Source of the DNA: Desulfatiglandales bacterium
GTDB lineage: Bacteria; Desulfobacterota; DSM-4660; Desulfatiglandales; HGW-15
Direction of reading: 5' to 3'
Assembly: GCA_963667015.2 (NCBI GenBank)
Contig: CAXXJJ010000001.1
Coordinates: forward strand, 352,001-416,000
Length of the DNA: 64,000 bases
A model generated the notes under the pieces. It had not been told where the DNA came from, ran no database searches, and was given only the letters and a program-made list of their open reading frames with translations. Positions 40,123-50,638 of the stretch are shown here, in pieces (position 1 is the first letter of the stretch; every line of letters starts with the position of its first letter). The translations under genes and the position numbers were made by a program.

Positions 40123-40376
40123 AACGGATTTTTAATGCAGATATTTCAAGCCCCTATATTTTAACAGGTCTATTATGTTATGCTGTCAGCGTGGTGGTCT
40201 GGCTGATGGTTCTTTCAAGGGTTGAAGTCAGCTATGCATATCCCCTCCTTTCAATTGGTTACATAGTTACAGCATTTGCAGGGTATTATTTTTTTAATGA
40301 ATCGATTAACATCACACGCTGGTCAGGTATATTAATAATCTGTTTTGGAGTATGGCTGATCACTAAAACAGGGTAA
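40110..40376 (+). CDS. ArnE/ArnF-like flippase subunit (SMR/EamA), short N-terminus
   Basis: W...LSRVEVSYAYPLLS..F.E.....RW.G motif; 88 aa. Confidence 0.7.
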   Translation: MDVLKRIFNADISSPYILTGLLCYAVSVVVWLMVLSRVEVSYAYPLLSIGYIVTAFAGYYFFNESINITRWSGILIICFGVWLITKTG

Positions 40377-40425
40377 AAGATCAGCTTCTTATACTATCTG
40401 ATCAGCGTGAAAAATCGGAGATTCC

Positions 40426-41106
40426 ATGAGAATTCTAATTGTCGATGATGAACTCTCCTTGCTTCAGCAGTTGCAGCAGATTTTACTTGGCGAACGCTAT
40501 ACCGTTGAAACGGCATCTGATGGAGAAAAGGCCCTGGATAAGATATTCGAGTCGGCATTTGACCTGATTATACTGGATATAATGATGCCTAAAATTGACG
40601 GGATGACTGTTCTGGAACATGCCCGAGAGGCAGGTATAGATACTCCGGTCCTGATGCTGACAGCAAAGGGTGATGTGGAAGACAGGATCAGGGGTCTTGA
40701 TCTTGGGGCGGATGATTATATGCCTAAGCCTTTCTCTCTGGATGAATTGCTGGCGCGCGTACGTGCACTTTTAAGAAGGACAGGAAGTCAGAGTGATTCA
40801 CTGTTGAAAATTCATGACCTCCAGCTTGATACAGTAAGCCGGGAAGTTACAAAGGGGGGAAACACGGTTGAACTTACCCCCAGAGAGTTCTCAATACTCG
40901 AATTTCTTCTCTATAACAAAAACAGGGCTGTGTCGCGATTTAATCTGGCAGAACATGTATGGGGTGATGATTATGATTCATTCAGCATGTCGAATTTTAT
41001 GGATGTTCATATTAAAAACCTGCGCCAGAAAATAGGAGATACGGGTAAAGGAAACATCATCCGCACTATTCGGGGTGTCGGGTACATAATCGAGGATTCC
41101 GAATAA
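40426..41106 (+). CDS. OmpR-family response regulator
   Basis: LIVDDE, LDIMMP, GADDY.PKPF, winged helix TIRGVGY. Confidence 0.95.
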   Translation: MRILIVDDELSLLQQLQQILLGERYTVETASDGEKALDKIFESAFDLIILDIMMPKIDGMTVLEHAREAGIDTPVLMLTAKGDVEDRIRGLDLGADDYMPKPFSLDELLARVRALLRRTGSQSDSLLKIHDLQLDTVSREVTKGGNTVELTPREFSILEFLLYNKNRAVSRFNLAEHVWGDDYDSFSMSNFMDVHIKNLRQKIGDTGKGNIIRTIRGVGYIIEDSE

Positions 41107-42503
41107 TGTCTATCAAATACAGGATTGCCATACTTGTTACTGCTGCCGGTTTTATCGCCAGCCTGCTTTTTTCCCTGGTAGTATTTTATGAGTTGATTGA
41201 ACAGCCATTTGAAATTCTGGATATGGAATTGAAAGAGGAGGCAAATCGTGCTGTTAACATCATCAAAATAAATCAGGGACAGTCAGAATCTGAAATAATG
41301 GATACTCAAATCCTTGAATTTCCTACCTGGCTAAAAATATTTGAAAATAATTCAGACAGGGAACTCTGGCACTCAAAGGCAGCAGATCAGATTGGTATTC
41401 CAACAGTAAACCCGGGTCCCTCAGCAACTGTAGATGCTGTTGTTCTTGATGATGAAATTAATTTTGGACAGGATAGCGATAAAAAAGCTGCCTTCCGGAC
41501 CAGGTCTTTCGAACTCATGGCAGGCGGGAAAAAAGTGAGAGTGCAGGTAGCTCTGCCCATGGTTAAGCTTAAAAACGAGATACATGAGTTGATCTTTGGT
41601 CTTATTGCAGGGTTGATTTTTTCTACCCTGGTTCTGATAGTTATCAGTTATTTTGTGGCAGGCAAAATATTAAAGCCAATCGGGAGAATGAAAGATCTGG
41701 CGCACAGTATCAGCGCAAAAAATCTGGATCAAAGGATACCGGTTAAGAATGGAAAAGATGAATTTAATGAACTTGCCCGGACCGTAAATGTCATGCTGGA
41801 CCGACTTCAATTTTCCTTTGTCAGGCAGCGGGATTTTCTCTTTGACACTTCCCATGAATTGAAAACACCGCTTACAACAATACGGCTTGCATTGGATGCC
41901 ATCTGCTCTTCCGAATATATGGAAAAAGTAAATCCCTCATCAAAGGAGAGTCTTTTAAGGGTAAATGAGCAGGTGGCCCGTATGGAAAAACTGGTAAGGG
42001 ATCTGCTGAATCTTTCTTCACTGGAAATATTGAACAAAATAGATCCGGAACCGGTTAATTTGAAAAAAATATTATTGTTTTTGATAGAAGATTATCAAAT
42101 TCTGGCAGCAGCAAAAAATATCCATATAGATGTTAGTTCTCCGGAAGATCAGGCAATTCGGGGAGATAAAGAAAAAATTAAACGCGCACTCTCAAATATA
42201 CTGGATAATGCCATTAAGTATAATGTTGACGGGGGACGGGTCCAGATAACTGTGAGTTCTACCGATACTGAAGTAACTGTAGTTATTGCCAACACTGGAC
42301 CTGGTATTCCGGAAGATGAAATTCCAAAGGTTTTTGATCAGTTTTACCGGGCGGAAAAATCCAGATCAGCCGGTCTTGGCGGTTCCGGCCTGGGGTTGAC
42401 AATAGTGAAACGTATTATCGAACTGCATGGAGGTAAGGTCAGTTTTAATAGCCGGCAAGGAGATTGGACAAGGGTAACTGTAACATTTTCAAGGCCGGTG
42501 TAG
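41106..42503 (+). CDS. HAMP-domain sensor histidine kinase
   Basis: SHELKTPL, NILDNAIKY, GSGLGL. Confidence 0.95.
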   Translation: MSIKYRIAILVTAAGFIASLLFSLVVFYELIEQPFEILDMELKEEANRAVNIIKINQGQSESEIMDTQILEFPTWLKIFENNSDRELWHSKAADQIGIPTVNPGPSATVDAVVLDDEINFGQDSDKKAAFRTRSFELMAGGKKVRVQVALPMVKLKNEIHELIFGLIAGLIFSTLVLIVISYFVAGKILKPIGRMKDLAHSISAKNLDQRIPVKNGKDEFNELARTVNVMLDRLQFSFVRQRDFLFDTSHELKTPLTTIRLALDAICSSEYMEKVNPSSKESLLRVNEQVARMEKLVRDLLNLSSLEILNKIDPEPVNLKKILLFLIEDYQILAAAKNIHIDVSSPEDQAIRGDKEKIKRALSNILDNAIKYNVDGGRVQITVSSTDTEVTVVIANTGPGIPEDEIPKVFDQFYRAEKSRSAGLGGSGLGLTIVKRIIELHGGKVSFNSRQGDWTRVTVTFSRPV

Positions 42504-42572
42504 AATCTAATTTAAAGTGAAGCGGCTATTATTGCTCTTATAAAAAGACACCTGATTACTTATTCCTTCTCG

Positions 42573-42606
42573 CTTAATCCTTTCTTCATCTTTCATTTGT
42601 TACTAT
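42573..42606 (+). promoter_or_regulatory. OmpR/PmrA-type direct-repeat box plus -10 upstream of the PepSY-eptA unit
   Basis: CTTAAT-N5-CTTCAT-N11-TACTAT, same layout as at arnB. Confidence 0.6.
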
Positions 42607-42639
42607 TCCATCCACAAACGATTTATAAAGGAGGAATAT

Positions 42640-43110
42640 ATGAAAAAATTAAGCATATTTATATCTATCATCTCAATTATTTTTTGCCTGACATTATATG
42701 CCGAAGAGGAAAGAATCGTAAATTTCAGGATATTACCGGCATCGGTTCAGAAAACCGTCCTGGAATATGTAAATCGTAATGATATTACAAAAGTCGAATT
42801 AATTAAGGATGAAGGTGTGACTAAATATGAAATTGAAAGTGTCACAAACGGAAAAACACTGGATATTACTGTGGCAGAAAACGGTATTCCGCTTGAAATA
42901 GAAAAGGGGGTCTCTTTCTCTGAATTACCTTTGGAGGCACAAAGGGAAATAAACAAGGATTATCCGACGATAAAAACCAGTGATATAGAGAGTGTTAATC
43001 TGTTCTATTATGATGTTGAAGGACAGGTTGACGGGAAGAAAGTTAAATTTAAGGTGCTTCCATCCGGTGATATAGAGGATCTTGCTCCGGATAAAGATGA
43101 CGGGAAATGA
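42640..43110 (+). CDS. Periplasmic PepSY-like repeat protein
   Basis: Signal peptide; two LP..VQ/AQ...YE/YD repeats. Confidence 0.7.
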   Translation: MKKLSIFISIISIIFCLTLYAEEERIVNFRILPASVQKTVLEYVNRNDITKVELIKDEGVTKYEIESVTNGKTLDITVAENGIPLEIEKGVSFSELPLEAQREINKDYPTIKTSDIESVNLFYYDVEGQVDGKKVKFKVLPSGDIEDLAPDKDDGK

Positions 43111-43173
43111 AAATAACTGGGACAGATTTCCATCGGAAACGCTGAAATACACGAATTAAGGTTTTGAATAATT

Positions 43174-44859
43174 ATGAGAAAGAATTCCAGGAATACACCG
43201 GAGAGAGAAATAACTGCAGATTTAAGAAATATCAGGGAAATGTCCAGTTTAAGACTGATTTTTTTAACGGCAATATTTTTTACGCTGTTTGACAACTTCG
43301 CATTTTTCAGGAGTCTCACGGCTACATACCCTGTTTCTCCTGGAAACATCCCCTTTCTGATATCGCTGGTAACATTTTTGGTTTTTCTAATTGTGATTCT
43401 GTTTTCACTTTTCTGCTTCAGGTACACAACAAAACCTATCCTGATTACCGTTCTAATAATATCTTCCATTGCCGCCTACTACATGGATACTTACAACATT
43501 GTTATTGACAGTACGATGATTCAGAATATTATGGAAACGGATACAGGAGAAGTCAGGGACCTGTTAACTGCAAGAATGTTTTTGTATCTGTTTTTCGCAG
43601 GAATATTACCTTCCATAATTATCTATAAAATAAAAATCAGATATAAACCCCTGATAAAAGAATTACTTACAAAGCTTATAGTTGTTATAACTTCAATTTT
43701 AATTATTCTAGTACTGGTCCTTTCAATGAGTGATTTTTATACCTCTTTTATAAGGGCGCATCAGAAAATAAGGCGATATACAAACCCTGTTACCTATATC
43801 TATTATACAGGCAGATATATCTCTGAAAATATGGATAAAGGTGAAGTCCAGGTGAACCCTATAGGCACCGATGCAAAAATATCAGAAACCGATAATGACA
43901 GGGAATTGGTTATACTGGTGGTTGGTGAGGCTGCCAGGGCAGATAGATTTTCACTAAACGGCTACCATAAGGAAACCAACCCGCTGCTTGAAAAAGAAGA
44001 TGTTATAAACTTTCCTGACATGCACTCCTGCGGAACATCCACTGCCGTTTCCGTTCCCTGTATGTTTTCTATTTTTAAAAGGGCGGAATATTCTGAGAAC
44101 AGGGCAAAGCATACATACAATATTTTAGATGTGTTACAAAAGGCAGGTGTAAATATCCTCTGGAGAGAAAACAATTCCAGTTCAAAGGGTGTAGCAGACA
44201 GGATTCCTTTTGAAAACTATAAAACTCCTGAAAATAATACTGTTTGCGATGTCGAATGCAGGGATGAAGGAATGCTAGTCGGGCTGCAGGAATATATCAA
44301 CAGTAAAAAAACAGGAGATATATTGATTGTCCTTCATCAGCGGGGTAATCACGGCCCCCTCTACTATAAAAGATATCCTCAATCCTTTGAAAAATTCAAA
44401 CCTGCCTGCAGAAGCAATGAACTCCAGGAATGCACCCGTGAAGAGCTCGATAATGTCTATGATAACGCAATCCTTTATACCGATTATTTCCTCTCAAAGG
44501 TAATAGCCCTGTTAAAACAGAATTCTCAATTTGAAACAGCCATGTTCTACGTCAGTGATCACGGTGAATCTCTTGGTGAAAATAACCTGTACCTGCATGG
44601 CATACCCTATTTTATGGCGCCGGAAACACAGACGCATATACCGGCCATAATGTGGTTAGGGCAGAACTTTGAGATAAACAGAGAAATTTTAAAGAAAATC
44701 GCAAAAGAAGGGTATTCACATGATAATCTTTTTCATACCTTGCTTGGATTGATGGAAGTTGACACATCACTTTATGATAAGAATATGGATATGTTAAAGC
44801 CTGCGAAAGACATCTCATTAGCTGAAGAGAGCGGTAGTTTAAAAAACAATGAAGAATGA
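43174..44859 (+). CDS. eptA: Lipid A phosphoethanolamine transferase, copy 1
   Basis: N-terminal TM domain, VVGEAARAD, SCGTSTAVSVPCMF, H..GNHGP, YDNAI, SDHGESLGE, YLHG. Confidence 0.92.
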   Translation: MRKNSRNTPEREITADLRNIREMSSLRLIFLTAIFFTLFDNFAFFRSLTATYPVSPGNIPFLISLVTFLVFLIVILFSLFCFRYTTKPILITVLIISSIAAYYMDTYNIVIDSTMIQNIMETDTGEVRDLLTARMFLYLFFAGILPSIIIYKIKIRYKPLIKELLTKLIVVITSILIILVLVLSMSDFYTSFIRAHQKIRRYTNPVTYIYYTGRYISENMDKGEVQVNPIGTDAKISETDNDRELVILVVGEAARADRFSLNGYHKETNPLLEKEDVINFPDMHSCGTSTAVSVPCMFSIFKRAEYSENRAKHTYNILDVLQKAGVNILWRENNSSSKGVADRIPFENYKTPENNTVCDVECRDEGMLVGLQEYINSKKTGDILIVLHQRGNHGPLYYKRYPQSFEKFKPACRSNELQECTREELDNVYDNAILYTDYFLSKVIALLKQNSQFETAMFYVSDHGESLGENNLYLHGIPYFMAPETQTHIPAIMWLGQNFEINREILKKIAKEGYSHDNLFHTLLGLMEVDTSLYDKNMDMLKPAKDISLAEESGSLKNNEE

Positions 44860-44939
44860 TATTATAATAATTTATTGGATACCAATATTTAGTGCCTTTA
44901 TGAAACTCGTAATTTCTCATTGTTTCGGAGGATGACAAT

Positions 44940-46355
44940 ATGATTATACATCCCAGACTGTTAGTAATGGTTCTGGTGATTTCACTTGCAGGTTTTATCT
45001 TTAATGGATGTACACATTTTGAGGCCAAACCGCTGGTTGCATCAGAGAATCTTGCCAGAATGGAACAGCGTTCTTTAATGGATTCGGATCTTCGCAAATT
45101 TGTGGAGACAAACATGCATAAAACATTCACTGAATGGCCGCCCGATCCTATAGATTTCGAAATCTTGACGCTCGTAGCCCTGTACTTAAACCCTGAACTG
45201 AATGTGGCCAGGGCAAAAAGCTATGAAGCCCTTTCCGCAGAGATTTCTGCCGGGGAACGGCCTCAACCCTCAATTTCTTTTAGTCCCGCATATAACAGTT
45301 CAACACCTTCAGGAGGAGGATCTCCATGGGTTCTGGGGTTAAGCTTCGACCTTCCCATAGAGCTTTTCAGAAAAAGAAGTTACAGAATATCCGAAGCCCG
45401 GCATCTTACAGATGCTGCAAAACTGGCAATTGCTGAAAAAGCATGGGAAATAAGAACAGACCTGAAAAAAAATATGATAGCCCTGTGGCAGGCCAGAGAG
45501 GAAGAGCTGCTTGCAAGACAAAAATCGGAAACCATGGACGAACTTGTCCGGATCATGTCTGCCCGATTTGAGGCAGGAGATATAAGTAAAAATGAACTGA
45601 TACCTGTGCAGCTTTCAGCACAACAGGCTCATATTGAATATTCGGCTGTAAAAGGTGGTACAGCTGGTATCCTTATCAACCTGGAAGGGGTGGCGGGACT
45701 GGCGCCCCATGCGCTGGATGGATTGAATATCGAGCTCTCATGCTTTGAGCAGGCTCCTCCGGAAATCCCCTCATCATCAGCCAGACGCATGGCCCTTTTA
45801 AATAGGGCTGATGTTTTGAGTTCCATTGCAGAGTATGAAGCCATTGAATCTTTATTGCGGTTTGAGATTGCAAAGCAGTACCCTGACCTTAATTTAAGCC
45901 CGGGCTATGAATATGATCAGGGTGACAATAAATGGCAACTCGGATTTCAACTGACGCTGCCGTTATTCAACCGCAACCGTGGCGCAATTGCAGAGGCGGA
46001 GGCCAGAAGAACTACGGCATCCGCAAAGTTCAATGCCCTGCAGGCGAACATCTTGAATGATATAGAGTATTCAATAGCCGTATTCAGGAGTGAACAGGAT
46101 AAACTTGAAGGCGCGGTGTCAGCCCTTGATAGTTACAAAAAACAGGCGGAATTTGTCAAAAAGCAATATGAGGTTGGGGAGGTTGATAAACAGGCCGTGA
46201 TTTCATCACGCCTGGAGGTTATAAATGCGGCATCAATTAAACTCGATTCCCAGATTAAGATGCAGGAATCTCTGGCAGATATTGAACAAACGCTCCAGAC
46301 GCCCTTAAACGCATCAGCCTTACCGATTGCTTCTATACTAACGGAGGTAAAATGA
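44940..46355 (+). CDS. TolC family outer-membrane efflux protein
   Basis: Lipobox, NPEL, YPDL, LPLFNRNRG.I..A. Confidence 0.9.
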   Translation: MIIHPRLLVMVLVISLAGFIFNGCTHFEAKPLVASENLARMEQRSLMDSDLRKFVETNMHKTFTEWPPDPIDFEILTLVALYLNPELNVARAKSYEALSAEISAGERPQPSISFSPAYNSSTPSGGGSPWVLGLSFDLPIELFRKRSYRISEARHLTDAAKLAIAEKAWEIRTDLKKNMIALWQAREEELLARQKSETMDELVRIMSARFEAGDISKNELIPVQLSAQQAHIEYSAVKGGTAGILINLEGVAGLAPHALDGLNIELSCFEQAPPEIPSSSARRMALLNRADVLSSIAEYEAIESLLRFEIAKQYPDLNLSPGYEYDQGDNKWQLGFQLTLPLFNRNRGAIAEAEARRTTASAKFNALQANILNDIEYSIAVFRSEQDKLEGAVSALDSYKKQAEFVKKQYEVGEVDKQAVISSRLEVINAASIKLDSQIKMQESLADIEQTLQTPLNASALPIASILTEVK

Positions 46356-47428
46356 AGATCAGATTAAAAATCATAGCAACCATTTTGGCAGGGGCTGTTT
46401 TCTCACTGGTATTCCTCCAAAACGTGGAAAGTGAGGATGAAAATACTGAGCCTCAGGTAGATGTATCTGTCTCAAAAATCCAGAAAGCTACCTTACGGTC
46501 ATATGTTACCGGTTACGGACATGTTGAAGCAGAACCCGCGATAGAGGGTCGATCATCGGCAGGAGCTAAAATAACTTCGTCTGTTGCCGGGATAATTACA
46601 GAGATCAAATGCTATGAAGGTCTTGTTGTTAAAAAGGGGGCCGTATTATTTTTGCTGGACAGTCGTATTGCCGAGGCTGAACTCAAGAAGGCAAAACAGG
46701 CTATGGCATTTGCTGAAAAGTCATTTCAACGACAGAAGGAGCTTCAACAATCAGATGCGACTTCTGACAAGATTTTTCAGGAAATGGAGAACCAGCTTGC
46801 AGTTGCAAAGAACGATCTTGCCGCAGCGCAGACAAATCTTTCATATTACAGAGTTTCCGCACCATTTTCCGGAACCATAATCAGCCTCATGGTCAGCCCT
46901 GGAGAATATATCGATTCAAACATGATTATGGCTGAAGTTATAGACCTGTCACGTCTTGTGGCGGTTGTTAATATCCCTGTTTCAGAGGCATCCGATTTAA
47001 GGTCCGGGCAATCTGTCGAAATCAAGACAGATAACAGCAGTTTACCTGTGTCCGGCAGGCTGTTATTTTTATCACCTGGTGTTGACGCTGCTTCCGGCTC
47101 AGTGACTGCTTATATCAGTCTCCCTCCGAATTCGGGCCTAAAACCGGGCCGGTTTGTAAGCGCCAGGATCATATCAAATGAGCGGGACTGTCTTGCTGTC
47201 CCCACAGAGAGCCTGGTCAGGGACCCTGAGGATGGATGGATAATCTCAGTTGTGGCGGAGGGCAGATCAAAACGCATAAAGGTAAAGACCGGATTGCGCG
47301 ATAATGGAAAGGTCCAAGTGGATGCGGAAGGACTCAAAGATGATATGACTGTAATTACCCTTGGGACATATGCCCTTCCCGATGACACAAAGGTTAATAT
47401 TATTGAAAAGGTGGCAGGGGAGAAATAA
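46352..47428 (+). CDS. RND efflux periplasmic adaptor
   Basis: G..VKKGAVLF, SAPFSG, LKPG.FV. Confidence 0.9.
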   Translation: MKIRLKIIATILAGAVFSLVFLQNVESEDENTEPQVDVSVSKIQKATLRSYVTGYGHVEAEPAIEGRSSAGAKITSSVAGIITEIKCYEGLVVKKGAVLFLLDSRIAEAELKKAKQAMAFAEKSFQRQKELQQSDATSDKIFQEMENQLAVAKNDLAAAQTNLSYYRVSAPFSGTIISLMVSPGEYIDSNMIMAEVIDLSRLVAVVNIPVSEASDLRSGQSVEIKTDNSSLPVSGRLLFLSPGVDAASGSVTAYISLPPNSGLKPGRFVSARIISNERDCLAVPTESLVRDPEDGWIISVVAEGRSKRIKVKTGLRDNGKVQVDAEGLKDDMTVITLGTYALPDDTKVNIIEKVAGEK

Positions 47429-47430
47429 TA

Positions 47431-50400
47431 ATGACGATTATCAGGACCTCGCTATTAGGCCGCCTGGCAGTTCATCATGCTAAAGCTCTTATTTTTGGCA
47501 TCCTGATATTGTGTCTGGCCGGTGTATATTCTGCATGGAACATACCGTCTTCAGTGTTTCCTCAGACCAATTTCCCCCGTGTGGTTATTCTTGTTGATAA
47601 TGGAGTAATGCCCGGAGATGAAATGATGGCAACGATCACACGCCCCATTGAAGAAGCCATGAAAGATATACCCGGGGCAAAAGAGATTAAGTCCGTGACC
47701 GGCAGAGGCTCTGCTGAAATCAGCATCTTTTTTAACTGGCAGGTAGATATGATTCAATCCGAATTATATGTGCTCGGGCGTCTCAGTGAAATAAGGGCCA
47801 CACTGCCTGCTGAAGCCAGTACCACGGTATGGAGATTGACCTTTTCAGCCTTTCCCATAATAGGCGTAAGTCTCACCAGCCCGGATAGGGATATAATTGA
47901 GGTATGGGAGACTGCCCGCTACATGATGAAGCCTAGGTTTTTACGCATACAGGGAGTTGCAAGGGTAGACCTTGTAGGTGGACGGGCTCCTGAATATCAT
48001 GTGGTTGTTGATCCAATAAAGTTGAATTCAGCCGGCATCGGTTTGAATCAGGTGACCGATGCACTGGAAAAAAATAACCTGATCGCGCCGGCAGGTATGC
48101 ACGAGGAAAACTACACCCTCTACCTGACGGTTGTTGACGGGCGTGTTCGAACACAGGAGGAGGTAGAAAACCTAAGTATTGGTGTGGTTAACGGAAGACA
48201 GTTTTTCATTAAAGATTTTGCATCTGTTAAAAGAGGGCCGGAACCGGTATTTAATGTTGTTACAGCCGAGGGTGTTCCAGCGGTTTTGCTTAATATCCGG
48301 AGTCAGCCTGACGGCAGCACCCTGGATATAGCCGGAGATCTTCAGGAAGAAATCGCACAATTAAAAAAGGATCTTCCCCCTGATTATAAGATTGCCTATT
48401 ATTATGATCAGTCTCAATTTGTCCGGGCATCGGTCGGATCAGTATGGGAATGCATCATTATGGGCCTGATATTTTCAGTGTTTATTCTCTTTATGTTTCT
48501 AAAAAAGCTGGGCAGCACCTTTGTGGCAATCCTGGTAATTCCCATTACAATCCTGACAACTTTTGTTGTCATGCACATATTAGGATTGAGTTATAACCTG
48601 ATGACCCTTGGAGGAATAGCCGCGGGGATAGGACTGATTATAGATGATGCCATTGTCGTGGTGGAGGCGATTCACACTAAAATGATCAGCGGGCTGAATA
48701 GTTCGGATGCTATTATTCAGGGGTTGGGGGAGATATTAAAACCGCTTACTGCATCAACTCTTACACCTGTTGTTGTATTCATCCCCCTTGCCTTCCTGAG
48801 CGGAATCACCGGCGTATTTTTTAGGGCACTGGCTTTAACCATGGTTGTTTCATTGCTCATGTCTCTGGTCCTGGCTGTAACAATAACGCCAAGCCTTGCA
48901 GCATGGCTGATGAGAGGAAAGTCGAAAGTTGAGGGTAAACCCCATTTATCTGACGAAGGATTCATTCTTAAACGCGCCATCATTCTATACGAAAAGGCCA
49001 TCCGTCTCGTCCTTCGTCATTATTTGAAGGTTTTAACGGTCTGCCTTCTTGTAATGCTTGGCGGGTATTTCATGTTTTCCGGGTTGGAGACTAACTTTCT
49101 TCCCCATATGGATGAAGGCGGTTTTGTCATTGATTATGTCGCACCATGGGGCACAAGCCTGACTGAGACAGACCGTCAGCTCCGTCAGGCCGAGGAGATC
49201 ATAAGGGCTACCCCGGAAGTGGAAAGCTATTCGCGCAGGACAGGTGCCCGTCTCGCCCTGGCGATTGCCGAGCCTAATACAGGGGATTATCTGGTAAAAT
49301 TAAAGAACGATCGCAAAAGAAGCACTGAGGAGGTAATTTCATATCTCAGATCAAATTTTAATTCCAAAGTGCCGGGCATCGAATGGGAATTTCCAGGGAT
49401 ATTGGGCGACCTTATCGGTGATTTAACATGGTCACCTGAACCCATTGAGATAAAACTGTTTTCCACGGATCAGGAGTTTCTTATTAATAAAGCCCCGGTC
49501 ATTGAAGAAAGGCTGGCAGGAATAAAGGGTGTTGTCGACAGTAATAACGGGTTAGTTTACACGGGCCCTTCAATAAGCCTTAAGGTGTGTTCAGTCGATG
49601 CTCAGAGATTCGGCATGACTTCAAAGGACATTTCCGATGCAGTTAACGTTGCCATGCTGGGAAAGACTTCCTCAAGCGTTCTTGAAGGAGACAGGATTGT
49701 AGATATAAGGGTTATTGTTGATTCAGTTAGCATTAACACCATCGATGCATTAAAAACCCTTCCTCTGCGCACATCCACAGGTGTACTTGTCAAGCTCTCG
49801 CAGGTCGCCGATGTGGTTGAGACACCTGGACAGCTTGAGCTTAGAAGGGAGGATCTAAGGCAGGATGTCGCCATTACCGCCAGGCTTGAAGGGCGCGATC
49901 TGGGAAGTGCAATGAAGGAAATTCAACAGATCCTCAGTGAGGACAAATCGATTCCACCCGGAACAATTGAATTCGGGGGACTCTATCAGCAGCAGCAGGA
50001 ATCCTTCCGAAACCTCCTGATGGTTCTTTTAATGGCAATACTCCTGGTTTTTGTTGTTCTTCTGGTTGAGTTCAGGTCTTTCATGCAGGCATTTTCTATT
50101 ATTATCGGTGCTGTTCTGGCTACATTTGGTTCGGTTTTCGCACTCTGGATAACAAAAACCGATCTGAATGTTGTGTCATTTCTTGGAATTATCATAGGTA
50201 TAGGTATTGTGGCAAAGAACGGGATACTTATGCTGGACCGGGTTGATTGTCTTCTCGCAGAGAATATGACAATCGAGGAAGCCCTTGTGCAGTCAGGCAG
50301 GAGAAGACTGCGGCCGGTCCTCATGACGTCATTCGCCGCCATGCTTGGAATGCTTCCCCTGGCATGGGGAGTAGGGATCGGCTCAGACATGCTAAGGCCC

Positions 50401-50520
50401 ATGGCGATCACAGTAATAGGTGCTCTCTTTATATCGGTATTGTTATCCCTGGTGGCAACACCGGCGATCTATTATTTTATGATAAAGGTAAGGTTGGGAT
50501 TTTCTTTTTATAAGGAATAA
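47431..50520 (+). CDS. RND efflux permease (AcrB/CusA family)
   Basis: 1029 aa; GLIIDDAIVVVE, KNGIL, RLRPVLMT. Confidence 0.95.
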   Translation: MTIIRTSLLGRLAVHHAKALIFGILILCLAGVYSAWNIPSSVFPQTNFPRVVILVDNGVMPGDEMMATITRPIEEAMKDIPGAKEIKSVTGRGSAEISIFFNWQVDMIQSELYVLGRLSEIRATLPAEASTTVWRLTFSAFPIIGVSLTSPDRDIIEVWETARYMMKPRFLRIQGVARVDLVGGRAPEYHVVVDPIKLNSAGIGLNQVTDALEKNNLIAPAGMHEENYTLYLTVVDGRVRTQEEVENLSIGVVNGRQFFIKDFASVKRGPEPVFNVVTAEGVPAVLLNIRSQPDGSTLDIAGDLQEEIAQLKKDLPPDYKIAYYYDQSQFVRASVGSVWECIIMGLIFSVFILFMFLKKLGSTFVAILVIPITILTTFVVMHILGLSYNLMTLGGIAAGIGLIIDDAIVVVEAIHTKMISGLNSSDAIIQGLGEILKPLTASTLTPVVVFIPLAFLSGITGVFFRALALTMVVSLLMSLVLAVTITPSLAAWLMRGKSKVEGKPHLSDEGFILKRAIILYEKAIRLVLRHYLKVLTVCLLVMLGGYFMFSGLETNFLPHMDEGGFVIDYVAPWGTSLTETDRQLRQAEEIIRATPEVESYSRRTGARLALAIAEPNTGDYLVKLKNDRKRSTEEVISYLRSNFNSKVPGIEWEFPGILGDLIGDLTWSPEPIEIKLFSTDQEFLINKAPVIEERLAGIKGVVDSNNGLVYTGPSISLKVCSVDAQRFGMTSKDISDAVNVAMLGKTSSSVLEGDRIVDIRVIVDSVSINTIDALKTLPLRTSTGVLVKLSQVADVVETPGQLELRREDLRQDVAITARLEGRDLGSAMKEIQQILSEDKSIPPGTIEFGGLYQQQQESFRNLLMVLLMAILLVFVVLLVEFRSFMQAFSIIIGAVLATFGSVFALWITKTDLNVVSFLGIIIGIGIVAKNGILMLDRVDCLLAENMTIEEALVQSGRRRLRPVLMTSFAAMLGMLPLAWGVGIGSDMLRPMAITVIGALFISVLLSLVATPAIYYFMIKVRLGFSFYKE

Positions 50521-50638
50521 AGGGCTGATCACAAGAATGATTCTGAAAGCTGATACTAAATATATGCGGGCGGGAATACTTATTCCTCCATTCTATAGCC
50601 TTATACAATTATTTATTGATGTGAGACAAGGAGGCGAA

